A stretch of DNA of 64,000 nucleotides from Vicugna vicugna (lineage: Eukaryota), in contig MU058198.1 of the NCBI GenBank assembly GCA_013265495.1, positions 3,980,419-4,044,418 on the forward strand, read 5' to 3'. The notes below the pieces were generated by a model. That model had not been told where the DNA came from. It did no database searches and worked only from the letters and a program-made list of their open reading frames with translations. The translations under genes and the position numbers were made by a program. Below are positions 14,540 to 27,689 of the stretch, piece by piece (within the stretch, counting starts at the first letter, position 1; each line of letters starts with the position of its first letter).

Positions 14540-14930
14540 TCCTAGTCTGCTGGGGCTTCCAGAACGAAGTGCCACACACTGGGGGGGCTTAAACGACAGA
14601 AGTACACTTTCTCACAGCTGGGGAGGCTGGAAGTCCAAGATCAAGGTGCCAGCAAGATTGGATTCCTCTGAGGCTTCTCTCCTTTGCTTGCAGACAGCCA
14701 CTGTCTTGCTTCCTCTTTACATGGCTGTCCTCTGTGTGCAGCCCAGATGTCTCTCTGTGTGCCCTAACTCCTCTTCTTAGAAGCTCATCAGTCAGATTGG
14801 ATTAGGGCCCATCCTAAGGGCCTCATTTTAACTTAATCACATCTTTAAAGGCCTTGTCTCCAAATAAATGCAGTCACATTCTGATGTCCTGGGGTTAGGG
14901 ATGGGGCAGGGTCACAGTTCAACCCATAAG
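14540..14930 (-). mobile_element. MaLR LTR (MLT1A-like)
   Basis: 'ggaggctggaagtccaagatcaaggtg', 'cagattggattagggccc', 'cacagttcaacccataa'. Confidence 0.85.
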
Positions 14931-15793
14931 TAGGTACAGGAAGTAAGACAGGAGAAGGAAAGAAGCCAGTGAGGGGAGCTTTCCTGAGCCGATTGCTGCT
15001 GTGGGTCACTGGAGACAATGGGAGACAGTGCAAAACACTCTGAGTTATTCCATCCATTGTTGCTGGTGGCTGCTCCCGGGCACCGGCCCCCCGGGACCCC
15101 TAGTCCAGCAGGAAGTGCTCAGGCTGAGCTGCAGCTGCTTGCAGGAGGACGCAGTCAGCATGGAATGGAATCGAGAGTGCCAAAGGCACGTGGGTGGGCA
15201 CTAGATGTCTGCTGCGTCAATCCCCCATCCACTCCTAAATCCACCGGATTCTTCTGTTACAGTCCCTGGCTCCAACCCAACTCCGGGTGATTTCAACAGC
15301 TGATCTCACAATGATCTTTCTACCAACTGCATATGTTAACACGCAGCAGAGTTAAGTCAGAGCACGTCCATCAGAGCTTGCCTGGTTTCCCTTTTTGCTA
15401 CTCTTCCCATCCCCATGGCAGGAACAGTTTCATTCTTCACACCTTCTGGTTCAACCTTGTAAGAGTCAGGACTCTTTCATTGCAAATGGCAGAAGCTCAG
15501 TTCAAATTGGCTTAAAAATAAAGGACGGGGAGGTTGGTTGAAAGGTTCGTGTAACTGAACGTGCCAGCCCTGCTGGATCAGGCGGTCAGAAAAAAGCCCT
15601 GGGAATGTGTCTTTCTGAACCTCTTGGCTCAGTTTGCTTGTGTTGGTTTCTCTTAAAGTAGGATTCCTCTGTGTGGTGGCACAGGTGACCATGAACAACT
15701 CCAGGTCCATCCACATCCCACCAGGAGCTTTATCCATTAGGATGCCTTTGGCTACTAGTAACAGAAAACCTGGCTTAACAATAAGGAGAGCAA

Positions 15794-15935
15794 GGGGCAG
15801 GTTATGGCTCAACTGGTAGAGTGTATGCTAAGCATACACAAGGTCCTGGGTTCAATCCCTAGCACCTCTTCTAAAAATAAATAAGCAAAGATAATTACCT
15901 CCTCCAAAAAAAATATAAATTAAAAAAATAATAAT
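15794..15935 (+). mobile_element. tRNA-derived SINE (vic-1-like)
   Basis: TGGCTCAACTGG...GGTTCAATCCC, ataattacctcc, A-rich tail. Confidence 0.88.
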
Positions 15936-16410
15936 AAGGGTCCAGAGGTAGGCTGGACTTTCAGTATTTTATTTAGCTATTCAGTATGAATACAGCCAAG
16001 TCCACCAGGCAATGGCTCCAAAGAAGTGAATGGCATAAAATATGGACCTGCGTTGGACCATGATGTAAGAAATACAATTTTATGGTATTTAGGGGTCACT
16101 TAGATTTAGGGGTCATTTGTTACAGCAACTCATGTCATTTACTTTAACCAATACATCAGTCTAATCCTAGCTCCAATTCTCACTTAGCGATTCAGTGACT
16201 ACAGCCAGGCCCACCAGGTAGTGGCTCCAAATAGGTGAAGGGCACAAAATATGAGCTCTGGCTGCTTGTTCCTGCCCTCGTCTCCAATCTCTTTCCCGCA
16301 CAGAATCCACCCCAACTGACCCTTTATAATGCAAACAGAACTCCATCCCTCCCCTGATCAAAAACCTTCAGTGGCTGCCTCTTGCTCTTTGGGAACCTTC
16401 ACCGGCAGAG

Positions 16411-16640
16411 ATGAATGCAGCCTCTGTACTGAGTGCACCAGGTGAGTTCTTTTCCGTTCCCATCAGGAAGGAGGACCCAGCGCAGCTCCATTTGCTTGTC
16501 CAAATCAGTGGTCTTGTCCAGAGCTGTCCCAACTCTCTTGCTGTTTGTCACAGTGTAGTCTCAAGGGATCTTGCTCTTCTTGACCTGTGGGATGTCCCAC
16601 AGAACATCGCTCTCATTACCACACAGGACATAGGATTGCT
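16411..16640 (+). mobile_element. Decayed ERVL-type reverse transcriptase fragment
   Basis: FFSVPIRKED...LVQSCPNSLAVCHSVVSRDL...VPQNIALITTQDIGL resembles ERVL RT motifs FFSIP, LPQGxxNSPxxCH and YIDD. Confidence 0.75.
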
Positions 16641-16829
16641 ACTATAAGAGAATAGAGAAGAGGATTCTGGAACTCAGAGGATTTCCTGGGGTGCCCCTTG
16701 GTGCTCCCATGCCCAATTTTAACTGTGAAGACCCAGTTACAGAAACCCCAGCCTCCTTCTTGCATGGAAACCTGGGGCTCAGAGTCCTTAGGGATGAAAA
16801 CTGAGTCCAAACCACACAAGCAAAATTGG

Positions 16830-17665
16830 CTGCCCAAATAAGCACATGGAAAGATGCTCAGCATCATCAGTCATTGGGGAAATGCAACGCAAATCCGCAA
16901 TGAAATAGCACTTCCCACCCACCAGGATGTCCACGATCAAAAAGAAGAACAAGTGTTGGTGAGGATGTGAAAAAATTGGAACCCTCATGCATCGCTGGTG
17001 GGAATGAAACACAGTACAGCTGCTCCGGGAACGGCTTGGCAGTTTCTCAAAAAGTTAAGCTTGGAGTTACCATATGACCAAGCAATTCCACTCCTAGGTA
17101 TAGACCCAAGAGAAATAAAAACATATGTCCACACAAAAACTTGTACACTCTGTACAGGAATTATAGTACAATAAAGATGTTAAAAAAATAAAGACTTAAA
17201 CCTTAAAAAAAAACCAAACTTGTACACAAGTATTCATAGCAGCTTTGTTCATCACAACCAAAAGCAGAAACAGCCCAAATGTCCCTCTTGAATGGGTAAA
17301 GAAGATAGAATACTCATACAGTAGACTATTATTCTGCCATAAAAGGAACGAAGTACTGATATATGCTATGAGGTGGATGAACCTTGAAAATATTGTGCTA
17401 AGTGTAAGAGACTAGATGCAAAAGACTCCACATTTGTATGAATGGGCAAGTCCACAGGGACAGAAAGTAGGTGGGTGCCTGGCAAGGGCTGGATGGTGGG
17501 GTGGGTAAAGGGATTGGGCAGTGGCTGCTGATGGGTATGCAGTGATGAAAATGATCTGAAATTAGAGAGTGGTGGTAATTGCACGACATTGAGTGCATAC
17601 GAAAAGCCACCACACTGTCCATTTGACAAGAGTGAATGTTATGGTTTGTGACTTCTATTCCTATC
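16830..17665 (+). mobile_element. L1MB-like ORF2 end and 3' UTR
   Basis: 'aagatgctcagcatcatcagtcatt', 'agcaattccactcctaggtata', 'tggatgaaccttgaaaa'. Confidence 0.88.
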
Positions 17666-19109
17666 TTTCTTTTGAAAGGTATGAGAGAAAAAAAAAATTG
17701 CTGGCCGGAAGTTGAGGAGACTTAGAATGGTGACTGAGGATGCATGACGGCCTCAGGATCGACTGAGCAGGGATGTCGCGTATCCCACGGACACTCCTTC
17801 TGGCAATCTTTTTTTAAGGAAAGTGTCACAATGGGCCGCCACCTGAAAGGGTTGGTGACAGTACAGGGGGAAGAACATAAGGAGAAGCAAGAGGGAATCC
17901 AAGCACATAGCTTTCACTACAGCTTCTGTCTGCAGCAGCTGCAACTCTGCCCGAGGACTCTCTCTGGCCACCTGCAAGGAAGCCCACTTGGTCCCCGGGC
18001 AAGGAAGGCTGGGAATGCCCTTACCAAATGCTGATGAGAGCTGATGGATTACCCAGCCATTGCATTGGTTATACATTATACTAAAAAGACATTCTGATAG
18101 GGTGTGTACAAAGGTACAGTGTGTAGGATGCTAACAGCAGCAGTGTTGACAACAACAAAAAAAGGAAAACAACCAAATGTCCACATTAAGGATGTAATAA
18201 ATATGCAGGAAAAAAAGGAATTGATCTATCAGCACCCCGTCTCTCTCTCTTGGTTGATCTGGGATCACTCTAATATGTGATCTATGCTGTCTCCCAGAGT
18301 TCCCCAGTGAGGTTTGGTCCCCGGATGCCCACAGCAGTAAACTGCTCCATAAAACAGGTTGACTGGCTTCTTCCCCTTCCCTGTCTCATGACTCTAATCC
18401 CCTACTGAGGCTCCTTGGGATCCACTGTCACATAGCTACTGCACTTGCATGCTTGTGGGAGGGTATGATTCTCAGGGAAGTCCACTGGCCGCACTCCCTT
18501 CCAGGCAGGATCTCCCCAGTAGCCATCAGTAAATTCAAGTTTACATTTTTTTCTTTGAGCAAACTAAACTGCCATTTTCAAGCAAAAGGGACAATTATTT
18601 GAGATTTCCAGAATTCCCTTGGCCACCCCCCCCCCCCGGCCAGCACATTTCCAACAGTTGCCAATATTCCCTAGACTATTTTGTCGTATAAGAAGCCAGC
18701 AGTGTCTTGAAAGAATCTTGGTGTCCCACTGGAGTGGAATTTCCCCCAAGCTTTCCTTTCAGGGGAACATTGCAAGATGTCTCTGGCATGCAGGCGAGTG
18801 TTTCTAGATAGAAGCACTGCACCTTCACCAGGACAATATACATGATATAAAGGCAGTATTTTAAGTGGAGGAGCAAATTAAGCCATTGCATGCCACCCCA
18901 GAAGCCTCGATTTGTGATGGTCCCACGCAGTTCATCTGGGACGTAGGGCTCAGGGGACCTGAAAGCAGACATAGAAGGAGGCTGTTTGAGGCTACGCGGG
19001 TCCTGGGAGACAGAGAGGCCCACTTTTTTTTTTAGTGGAGTGAGTAGGAAGGAGGTTCCTGAACAGCATCTCTGTAAGGAAGGAAAGCACTTACTAAACC
19101 AACTTTAGT

Positions 19110-19275
19110 GGGGAAGGTCTAGCTCAGAGATAGAGTGTGTACTTAGCATGCATGAGGTCCTGGGTTCAATCCCTGGTACCTCCATTTTAGAATGAATGAA
19201 TGAACGAATGAATACATAAATAAATAAATACCTAATTACCTCTCCCCTCAACAAAAAAGGTAAAAAAAAATTTTT
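19110..19275 (+). mobile_element. tRNA-derived SINE (vic-1-like) with degenerate TSD
   Basis: TAGCTCAGAGA...GGTTCAATCCC; flanks taaaccaacttt / taaaccacttca. Confidence 0.9.
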
Positions 19276-19569
19276 TAAACCACTTCAATTTCCTGGGTAG
19301 TGTTGTGGCAATGAGAGTAAAGGGTTAATTAGCTTCAAGCCTGGGCTGGGGCAGGCATACCTGGGAATGACCTCAGGTTAAGTTCTCACAGCGCAGTTTC
19401 CTTGAAAAACAAAGAGTTCTGGTGAATGTGGAGTATTGTGAGCTGCTTCTGCTGAGTGGGAAGGCGCCTGTATTGGAGGCTCCCTGAATCAGCACACGAG
19501 CCTCAAGCCCACGTGATTAATATGGCATAAAAAAACTGGTGACAAATCGAGGCTGAGGCTTCTATGTCT

Positions 19570-19839
19570 AAAGGGGATTTATGCACATGTTGGCTCTTGT
19601 CAGGACAATTGCACACAGTTGGTGGCTGTCACAATGAGGAAGGATGCTACTGGCATCTGGGGAGGCTGTTAAACATCTGTCAATGCCCAGTTCAGCCCCC
19701 CACCCCAAATAAGACATGCAGATGACTAGCACATTCTATTTTTCCAAAGAAATTTTTCAGGGAAAAATACATGTGAAGTACTTTCAACATATTTCTATAG
19801 AAAGTTTTAAAGTGACTTTATAAAGACAAATTTGCTTTT

Positions 19840-19894
<55 letters not shown>

Positions 19895-19978
19895 TTAGAT
19901 AGAGTAACTTTTATAATTGAAGCCCCCCACCACAGATTATTCAGCCCAAAATGTCAAGAGTGCTGAGGTTGAGAAATT
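19570..19978. mobile_element. MER20-like hAT element interrupted by a locally duplicated segment
   Basis: 'tgctactggcatct' on the left; 'cagcccaaaatgtcaagagtgctgaggttgagaaa' on the right. Confidence 0.75.
19841..19890. repeat. (TAGA)n microsatellite, copy 1
   Basis: About 12 pure units. Confidence 0.97.
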
Positions 19979-20642
19979 ATTGAAGTCCGTGGTGACCGCT
20001 CTCAGTTTCTAAGACAGACTGCATTCTGTCTGTGGGACGTGTGGGTCTCTCTCCATGAACTCGCTTTCACTTAAAAAAATGTCTGTGGTGCCTCTTGAGT
20101 CTGACCCAGCCCAAACTTGTAACCAAAGCTCTGATACCACATGCTGACCTTGACCTTGGTCCACAAGAGAGTACTCATGCTGCAGGGATCAGACTGTTAT
20201 TTCTTTATGCCCTGGCCACACTGAGGATTATTACTCTCTCAGGATGCTGGCAGGAGAGAGGTGAGGGACCCGGGGCGGGGTGTGGGGGGGGGTCCTTGCC
20301 ATTCAGTGGGAGCAGTTTTGCAGAAGTCCACTAGGGGACAGCTATCAGCAGCATCACCTTGTGAAGGCTGCTTAAAATTAAATCAAAATCAGACAAGAAA
20401 AAGCTTGCCTTCTATCCCCAGGCTCTCCTAAACAGAGGTGAACGAGCCGGGAGTAATAGAGACACATGGGATAAAATTCCAGCTCTTCCATTTACCCATA
20501 TTTGCCCCCCAAATAAGACATGCAGATGACTAGCATATTCTATTTTTGCAAAGAAATTTTTCAGGGAAAAATATATGTAAGTACTCTCAACATATTTCTA
20601 TGGAAAGTTTTAAAGTGGCTTTATAAAGACAAATTTACTTTT

Positions 20643-20643
<1 letters not shown>

Positions 20644-20690
<47 letters not shown>
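20644..20690. repeat. (TAGA)n microsatellite, copy 2
   Basis: About 11-12 pure units. Confidence 0.97.
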
Positions 20691-22269
20691 TAGTGGTTTT
20701 ATAATTGAACGTACATGTGGAACAAAATTCAGAGGGTACAAAAGAATACACAACAGAAAGTAGGTCTCCATCATACTGTTACTTTCATGCCATATCAGTA
20801 AATTGGCAAAAAAACAAAAGTGTTGTAATTCTATGCGTTGGTATGAATGTCAATATGTCGGTATCGTCCCCTCAACTTCCAGAAGCCGTGTTTGTGTACA
20901 CTGTCCTCTGACTCTTCAGGCCAGCAAAATCAGGTATTTTGGCCAAGTTACAGCCACCTGCCCTCAGCACAGATTTGCCCTGCCTTGAAAACAGGGCATC
21001 CACTCGGCCCTGTCTCTTTCTTCCACGTGACAACACTCCTTGAGCACCTGCTTGGTTTTGGTCATTCCCCAGTGCCCTCAGGTAGTTAATTTTTTTCTAC
21101 ATTTTGTCTGGAGTGTATAGCTGTTAACAGTGCAGGATTGATCTGGGTTGTTACTCGGGTGACTGGAAGAAGGACGTGGCCTCACTCTTTTGAACTGCCA
21201 TGCTTCGCCTCCAGGGCAACCCTGCAAGAAAGGTATTATTGTTATTGCCTCCTCTCTGCAGAACAACGGGTCCTGTGTATCCATTGGACCCCAGGTCATT
21301 GGAGCATTTTGGGATCGAATGTGGGTTTGTGGGGGAGGGTTGTCTTTTCATTTTGATAAATTAAATACTTTCAGTCTGACCTTGGAAAGGTCACTTAACT
21401 TCGGTTCTCATTTGTAAATCTGAATAATGCTGATGCTTTCCTTACAGCGTGGACCTGGAGGTCAATGAAATTGCACAGCGATGGCCAATATTCACACGGC
21501 GCTTACGCTGTGTGGGTACCACTCCCTGGTGCTCTATTTCTTGCAATAGCCTGTGAGTGTGGTACACTGTTGACAGCTTCATTGGGCGGCAAGGAAACCA
21601 CGACATAGTGAGTCTTCCTGACTTGCCTGGTGCCCCTCGTGTTGTACGTGGCAGAGCTGGGATTTGAACCGACACTCTGTGGTGCCTGCATCTGTGCAGT
21701 TAACCACGTGCCACCTGGAACACGGTCCTTCATCCTAGCTGTGCAGCAGAATCACCTGCACATCCCACGAAGCCCTGCTGAATCTGCTCTCCGGGCTCTG
21801 CCTTGGCACAGAGTTGGTGCTCAAATATGGGCACCCCTTGCCCTCCCTGTTTCCCTTTTCCTGCCTCAGCGGGGAGGATTTCTTCTACCAGCCCCTTCCT
21901 CTACCAAGTCTCGGACCTAGATAATTAGGGTTACCTTTGACTCATTCCTGCCAGATCTACGCCACCAGCCTGCACAACAGGTGGAACAGGCTCCAGGAGC
22001 TGCGGGAAGGAATAGCTGTCCTTTGGCTCATCCTTCCCCACCTGTCTGATGCCTGACCCTGGTCATGTGACCACCGGGAAGGTTGTTATGAGCCATGGTG
22101 TATGTGCTGTCTTTAAATAAACCACACCTGACAACTGCATGCGATCCTGGGCCCCTTCAAGTTCCTGGTACCAGTCATACTCAGATTGCCCTGAGCACTA
22201 ACATCAGAGGATTCTGACTTCTTACAGCCCTCTAGGACGTTCCTCTCTAAATCGAAATTTATTTAAATG

Positions 22270-22765
22270 GCTTTTATGGCCCTACAGGATTGGACCCCGG
22301 CTTCTGCCTCTGGTCTAAGCCCTGTCACTCCCCATTGTTATCCATCCTTCAGCTCTCCCAGACTTTGGACTGTCCCCTGATCATACCTCAGGGTTCTTGC
22401 ACGTGCCGCTCATCCCACCCAGAAACTTCTTCCCCTAGAACCTCACACGGCTCACTCAAATGTCACCTGCTCACAGAGGCTTTTCTTGACCATCCAGTGT
22501 TAAGTCACCCTCACCCCTTGACCCCCTGTCACTCTCTATCTTGCTAACTCGGTTTAGTTTTCTTCAGAGCACCTGTCACATTCTACGATTATCTACCTTC
22601 TCTTTGCTTGTCTAGTCACTCATTGTAGCTCTCCCCCTAGCGCTAGAACGGAAACTCCAGGATAGCAGAATCCTCACCCACCGTGTTCACTGCGGTATCC
22701 CGTGTGCCTGGGACAGTGCCAGGAGCAAGCTGTCACTCAATAAGCATCTGGGAGATGAATGATGC
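22270..22765 (+). mobile_element. L2 3' end
   Basis: 'ctcaaatgtcacct', 'tgttcactgcggtatccc...ctcaataagcatctgggagatgaatga'. Confidence 0.7.
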
Positions 22766-24095
22766 CTTTGCCATGGGCAGCAAAGAAGACAAGGTAGACC
22801 CCCGACACACAGGTGACAGACAGACACCAACAGGATCCCCCGACAGGAAGAGTAAGCTCACCTACGGGGTTTGAATCTGGGCTCCATCACTACTAGCTGT
22901 GACCTTGGACTCACCTCTGGGTGTGTGACCTTGGGCTTCTCTCTCTGAGCCTCTGTTTTCCTGTGTCAAGCAGGGAAAAGAGTCAGACCTACCACACAGG
23001 TCACAGTCAGGATAAATGAGATAGTGCACTTCCAGGCCCATCCAACCAGCAATCCTGGATGCCGAGTTGGGGAGTCAGGGAGGGGCCGGCACAAGGCCTG
23101 AGAGATGGATGGCCTGTGGACCTCAAGGCACCCCCGCTGGCACTTCCTCCAAGGGTAGCTTCAAGGCCACTGCCCTGCTTTAACTTACCAAGCTGGTACC
23201 TGCTGGAGAAGCCAGACAGAACCACTTATCAGGAGTCATTTGGGGGCTCCACAAATAATTATCCAGCACCTACCAGGTGCCTGAGGCAGATGAGGTCCGT
23301 GCCCTCCGAGAACTTAATCTAGAAGCAGAGACCAGATAAAACATAGGCCCAAAGATAACAGAGGAGAAGTGGGAGGCGGAGGGAGGAAGGTGGGAGGCAG
23401 TCTGTTGGCAGTGGATCAACTCTGCTCCCAGTACCCGAAAGGGAGGGTGCCCCTCCCTGTGGGCCACTCAGTTGGACGCCTCTGTGGTCAAATAAAGTCA
23501 ACAGTTAAAGAGACCAAGCTCCCCAGCCAGGCACGCCCCATTTTAAATTATGGATCCTGTGTGACCTCAGGCACATGACTTCACCTCTCTGAACCCCATT
23601 GCCTCGTTTATTGGGACCTAGTCACAGGGTTCTTGGGAGGATTTAAGGAGATTTGCATTAAACGTATCTGGCATGGTGCGTAGGAAACGGGCGGGTGGGA
23701 AACACAGCAATAGTTGTTGTGTTGTTATTATGTGTATCCAAACTGCAAGCACTTCAGAGAAACATCTCTAGCATTTATCACTTGCATTTATTTCCCAAAT
23801 ACCACTTATAATGTGCTTCTGCGCCAGGCATTGCCAGGAAATTGTCTTAACAAACTTTTTTTTTCCCTCTGTCTTTGTTTTCTTTTTTTTTTTCTTTCTT
23901 TAAACACATGACAAATTTACCCTCCTAACCATTTTTAAGTGTATAGTTGAGTAGTGTTAAGTATATTTGTTGTGCAACAGATCTCTGGAATTTTTTGTCT
24001 AGCGACACTGAAACTTCCCATTTCCCCCTCTGCCAAGCCCGACTTTCTGTTTCGAGGAAAGTACTATTTTAACTCTGTCACAAATCAAGAAACCA

Positions 24096-24238
24096 AGACC
24101 AGCTACATACTTTGTGGGACTCAGTGCAAAAGGAAAATGAAACTTACAAGGAATGTCAAGACGGCAACAGCAGAGCATTAAACCAAGCACGGGGCGCTTC
24201 TGAGTGCAGTCACACAGGGCCCATGAAACAGGGCCTGG
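24096..24238 (-). mobile_element. MER45A-like hAT-Tip100 element
   Basis: 'tcaagacggcaacagcagagcattaaaccaagcac' matches the reverse complement of the recalled MER45A core. Confidence 0.75.
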
Positions 24239-24470
24239 GGGACGCCAGGGGCCAGAGAGGTTAAGGTACTTTCCTATAGCCACACAGCAAGTTTTGAAGC
24301 CTCTAAAATCACACAATTTCTCTTACTTACTGTAAACTCCCTGCAGGCAGGGGCTTTGATTTGTTCACTGCAGACCACCCAGCACCCAGCACTGTGCCTG
24401 GCAAATACGGGCACTGATTACAAAGTTCATATCTGGAGGAATGAATGAATAGGCCACTTTCACCCAAAAA

Positions 24471-24510
24471 AGAGAGAGAGAGAGAGCGAGAGAGAAAGAG
24501 AGAGAGAGAG
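24471..24510. repeat. Interrupted (GA)n tract
   Basis: Directly visible. Confidence 0.9.
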
Positions 24511-25048
24511 GCTCTGCCTCGGCTCTGGCAATAACATTCCAACCCTACTCTTCTTTTGTGTTTACTAGAGCCCTGGCATTTTTAGAAGCAAGCGTGGCGT
24601 GTGTCTGTCTCTACATAAAGTCCCCTGGCACTTTTATGAGGCCCCACCTCTTCAGAACATTCCTGCTTTTGAGTCCCACTTTTATAGGGTGAAGTGAGAA
24701 GACGCGGGATAATGTGACATCACTGATGGCATGTTTTGGCTCCAGGTCCCCAGGTCACTGAGAGTCTGATGGCCAAGTCCCCTCTCTGACCTGAACACAA
24801 GAAAATGAGAACTGAATGAAATATAAAATATAAGCAAAACATGAGTTTTATTTCCAGTTATGGAGTTAAATGAGGCAAGAGTTTGGGCAGTCAACCTAAT
24901 TTTCGTTTCATTTCATTTTTCTGTCTGGAACTTTCTTTGCCGGTAGTGGGATATATAACCAATATAATATGAGAAAGATAGTATATTTTTGGTTTGTCTT
25001 TTTTTTTTACATGTAACACAAAATGTATCATCTTAACCATTTAGAAAA

Positions 25049-25164
25049 TTTTTATTTATTTATTACTGTATTATTTAACTATTTTATTTTGGCGTGGAGG
25101 GAGCAGGTAATTAAGTCTGTTTATTTTTAGAGGAGGTACTGGGGATTGAACCCAGGACTTCATG
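25049..25164 (-). mobile_element. 5'-truncated tRNA-derived SINE
   Basis: 'ggaggtactggggattgaacccagga' and 'aggtaatta' are the reverse complement of the SINE body. Confidence 0.85.
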
Positions 25165-27149
25165 AGGAAGCTCATACATAAACCTGAAGGAAACATAAAC
25201 AAATAAATATCTAAGTGGGGTGCTGAACGGCCAGGAACTACATTTTAAAGTCTACAAGTAAAGTCAAAAGACGTAAAGGAAAAAAGCCTGATGGATTTTT
25301 ATTATATAAAAATGGAGAAAATTTTGTAGGCTGCAATATTAAATAAATATAAAGGTAATATAAAGGCAATCAACCATCTGGAGACGGTACCTTGATGGCA
25401 TGGGGACATATATATCCACTTTTGATGAATTTGGCCTGACAGTGTGGAGGCCACACTCAATCTGGTGACATCACTGCTACTGGGGCACTTGGGATTGGAT
25501 TATAAGTGTCTATAACAGCCTCCGTGGGGCACAAGCTTCATTCTAACTTCCAGAGCCTGGGTAGTAGCACAAGTTCTGTGCAGTGGACAAGCCGGGCTTC
25601 CTGAGTCTCCCAATTCTGAAATCTTAGCGAAGGGAAATAAGGTAGGGGATCTACTAGATGCATGTGTTTGATGGAGGCGTGAGGGTACAGTGGGTTTGAG
25701 AATAACAAAGGTATAAAATCCCAAGATGTGGGAGCCCTAGAATTGCCACATCAGAGGAGTTTGGAAAAGGATGCCTCATTCATTGTAGGTAGAGTACAAA
25801 TAGTTTCCTAGGGCTTACAAAAATATTGAAAGGGGTAGGTGGCGATATGCCAGTGGCAGGGAACGAAGTCCCATAGAACCAAAAGAAATTTACAAAATTG
25901 ATATCAGTAAAGGAATTTAATGAAACGGGCCAAGCGTCGCATTTCATCAATTAGTTAAGCAACTCAGTTATCTGATCATAAGTATATTTAATGTGGGTTG
26001 TGGGTACATTTTGACCTGTTTGGTGTGATATGAAGTGATATCTCCGTAAATGAGAGCTCAGGGTGAACGAAGCTTTGTAAAGGGCTCTCGGCTGAGAAGA
26101 CCGTTGGACCAAATCATAGCACTGACTACAGATACTCTTTCGAAGGACACTTACTCCTCTCCTGGCAGTGTTTTGATCCACTCCGCTCTAAGGATGTGGC
26201 CTCCTTTGAATCCCACCTGATTAAATTAAACTGGGGATGGAGGAATTACCCAAAGGCCAGGACACCTAGGTGATTCTTCATTTTCTGGTCCAGTTTTTCT
26301 TTCATTCATGTGATTTTCCTCCCTTCCTTCACGCAGAGGATTTTCAAGAAAAGCAGCTGTTCTAAAGTGGACCCGAGAGCAAGAACATTTTAGTGAGTTC
26401 CCAAAGAAGATAAAGGTGAGAGAAATTTGTTACATGTGAAAATCACTGACCATGATGTGGTTGAATTAAATTGTATTTGTGTGTCTCTGGGACTGCCCTT
26501 TATTTGCCAAAATCTTACCACTGCGGTATTTCTATAGATCACATAAACATGTATTTAGTTATGCAACACGTATTTATTGAGAACCTGCTATGTCCAGAGA
26601 TACAGCATAAACAAAAGAGATTTAAAAAATTCCTTTTCCCAGCTAGGGGAGAGACAGAGAATTTAGAAGTAAACATAAACCCTGTCAAGTAATGATGAGT
26701 GTTGGGAAAAAAATTAAAAAGAGTAAAAGATGGAGAATGATGGTGGTCCTCTTTAGGTAAGGTGGCCTCAGGAGACTTTTCTGATAAGATGACTGATTTA
26801 AACTGAGTTCAGAAAAAATCTGGACTGTGTGTTTAGGAAGTCCCTGGCAAACTTTGCTATGTCTTAGCTATGTGATCTTCTCAGCAACTAACTTCTCTCA
26901 GCCCATCCTGTAAGTTCAGAGAGGATGTGGAAAATGCATTTGTAAATAATAGCGATTATTGCAGTTTATGAATGCAATTTTATTATATTATGAATTTTAG
27001 AGATGTAATGATAACTTCCCCATGCACCAAGGAAAAAATGGTCCGCTGCACCGAGGGGATTCTTGGCACACTTCCTGGCATTTATAATTAGCGACAGAAT
27101 TTTGGACCCTTCCAATAAGCAGACATTCTCCTGATTCTGGGAATTCAGA

Positions 27150-27530
27150 AAGTGCATGATTGCTAGCTTCAGTTCCCTCACCTATAAATTGGAGATAATG
27201 GTAGTGCTGACCACCTCGGGTTTTTTGTTGATGTTGTTAAACTGACATTTACTGAGTCACATTGAACCCTGTGCCAGGCATGGTCCTAAACAATGGAAAT
27301 GTATTCATTCATTTAATCCATAATAACCCAGTAAACCAAGTGCTATGTTTAACAGCGTTTTATAACCAAGGAAACTGAGGCACAGAGGAGTAAAATCTAG
27401 TGTCCCACAGCTAGGGTTCCAACCCAGACAACTGGGCTCCAGAAACTGGAAATGTTATAAAGCGCTTAGCCCTGTGCCTAGCACATAGAAAGAACTCAAT
27501 CAATTTGTACAGTGGTGGCTGTTATCAGTT
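27150..27530. mobile_element. Nested MIR fragments
   Basis: 'cttcagttccctcacctataaattggagataat', 'aggaaactgaggcacagag', 'gtgcctagcacatag'. Similar MIRs near 4.6-4.9, 7.7-7.9, 11.5, 14.2, 21.4-21.7, 34.3, 43.0-43.2 and 51.0 kb. Confidence 0.75.
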
Positions 27531-27689
27531 CTATCCTGGGGCTGCTCCTGAATTTCTCCTTAGTATGAGTTTTAGGTAGTCAGTCTGCTGCGAGGGGAAG
27601 CTAGGGAGCGTTTGCATAGCAACCATAACGTTAACTTAAACTGGGTAGCTTGGGGGAGCTGATGAGGCTTGATGGGGGTGGTGGGGAAG

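Noticed and set aside
11558..15290. Cluster of 60-150 aa ORFs in moderately GC-rich intergenic DNA
   Set aside because: No recognisable protein motifs or consistent exon structure; several overlap MIR and MLT1 repeats.
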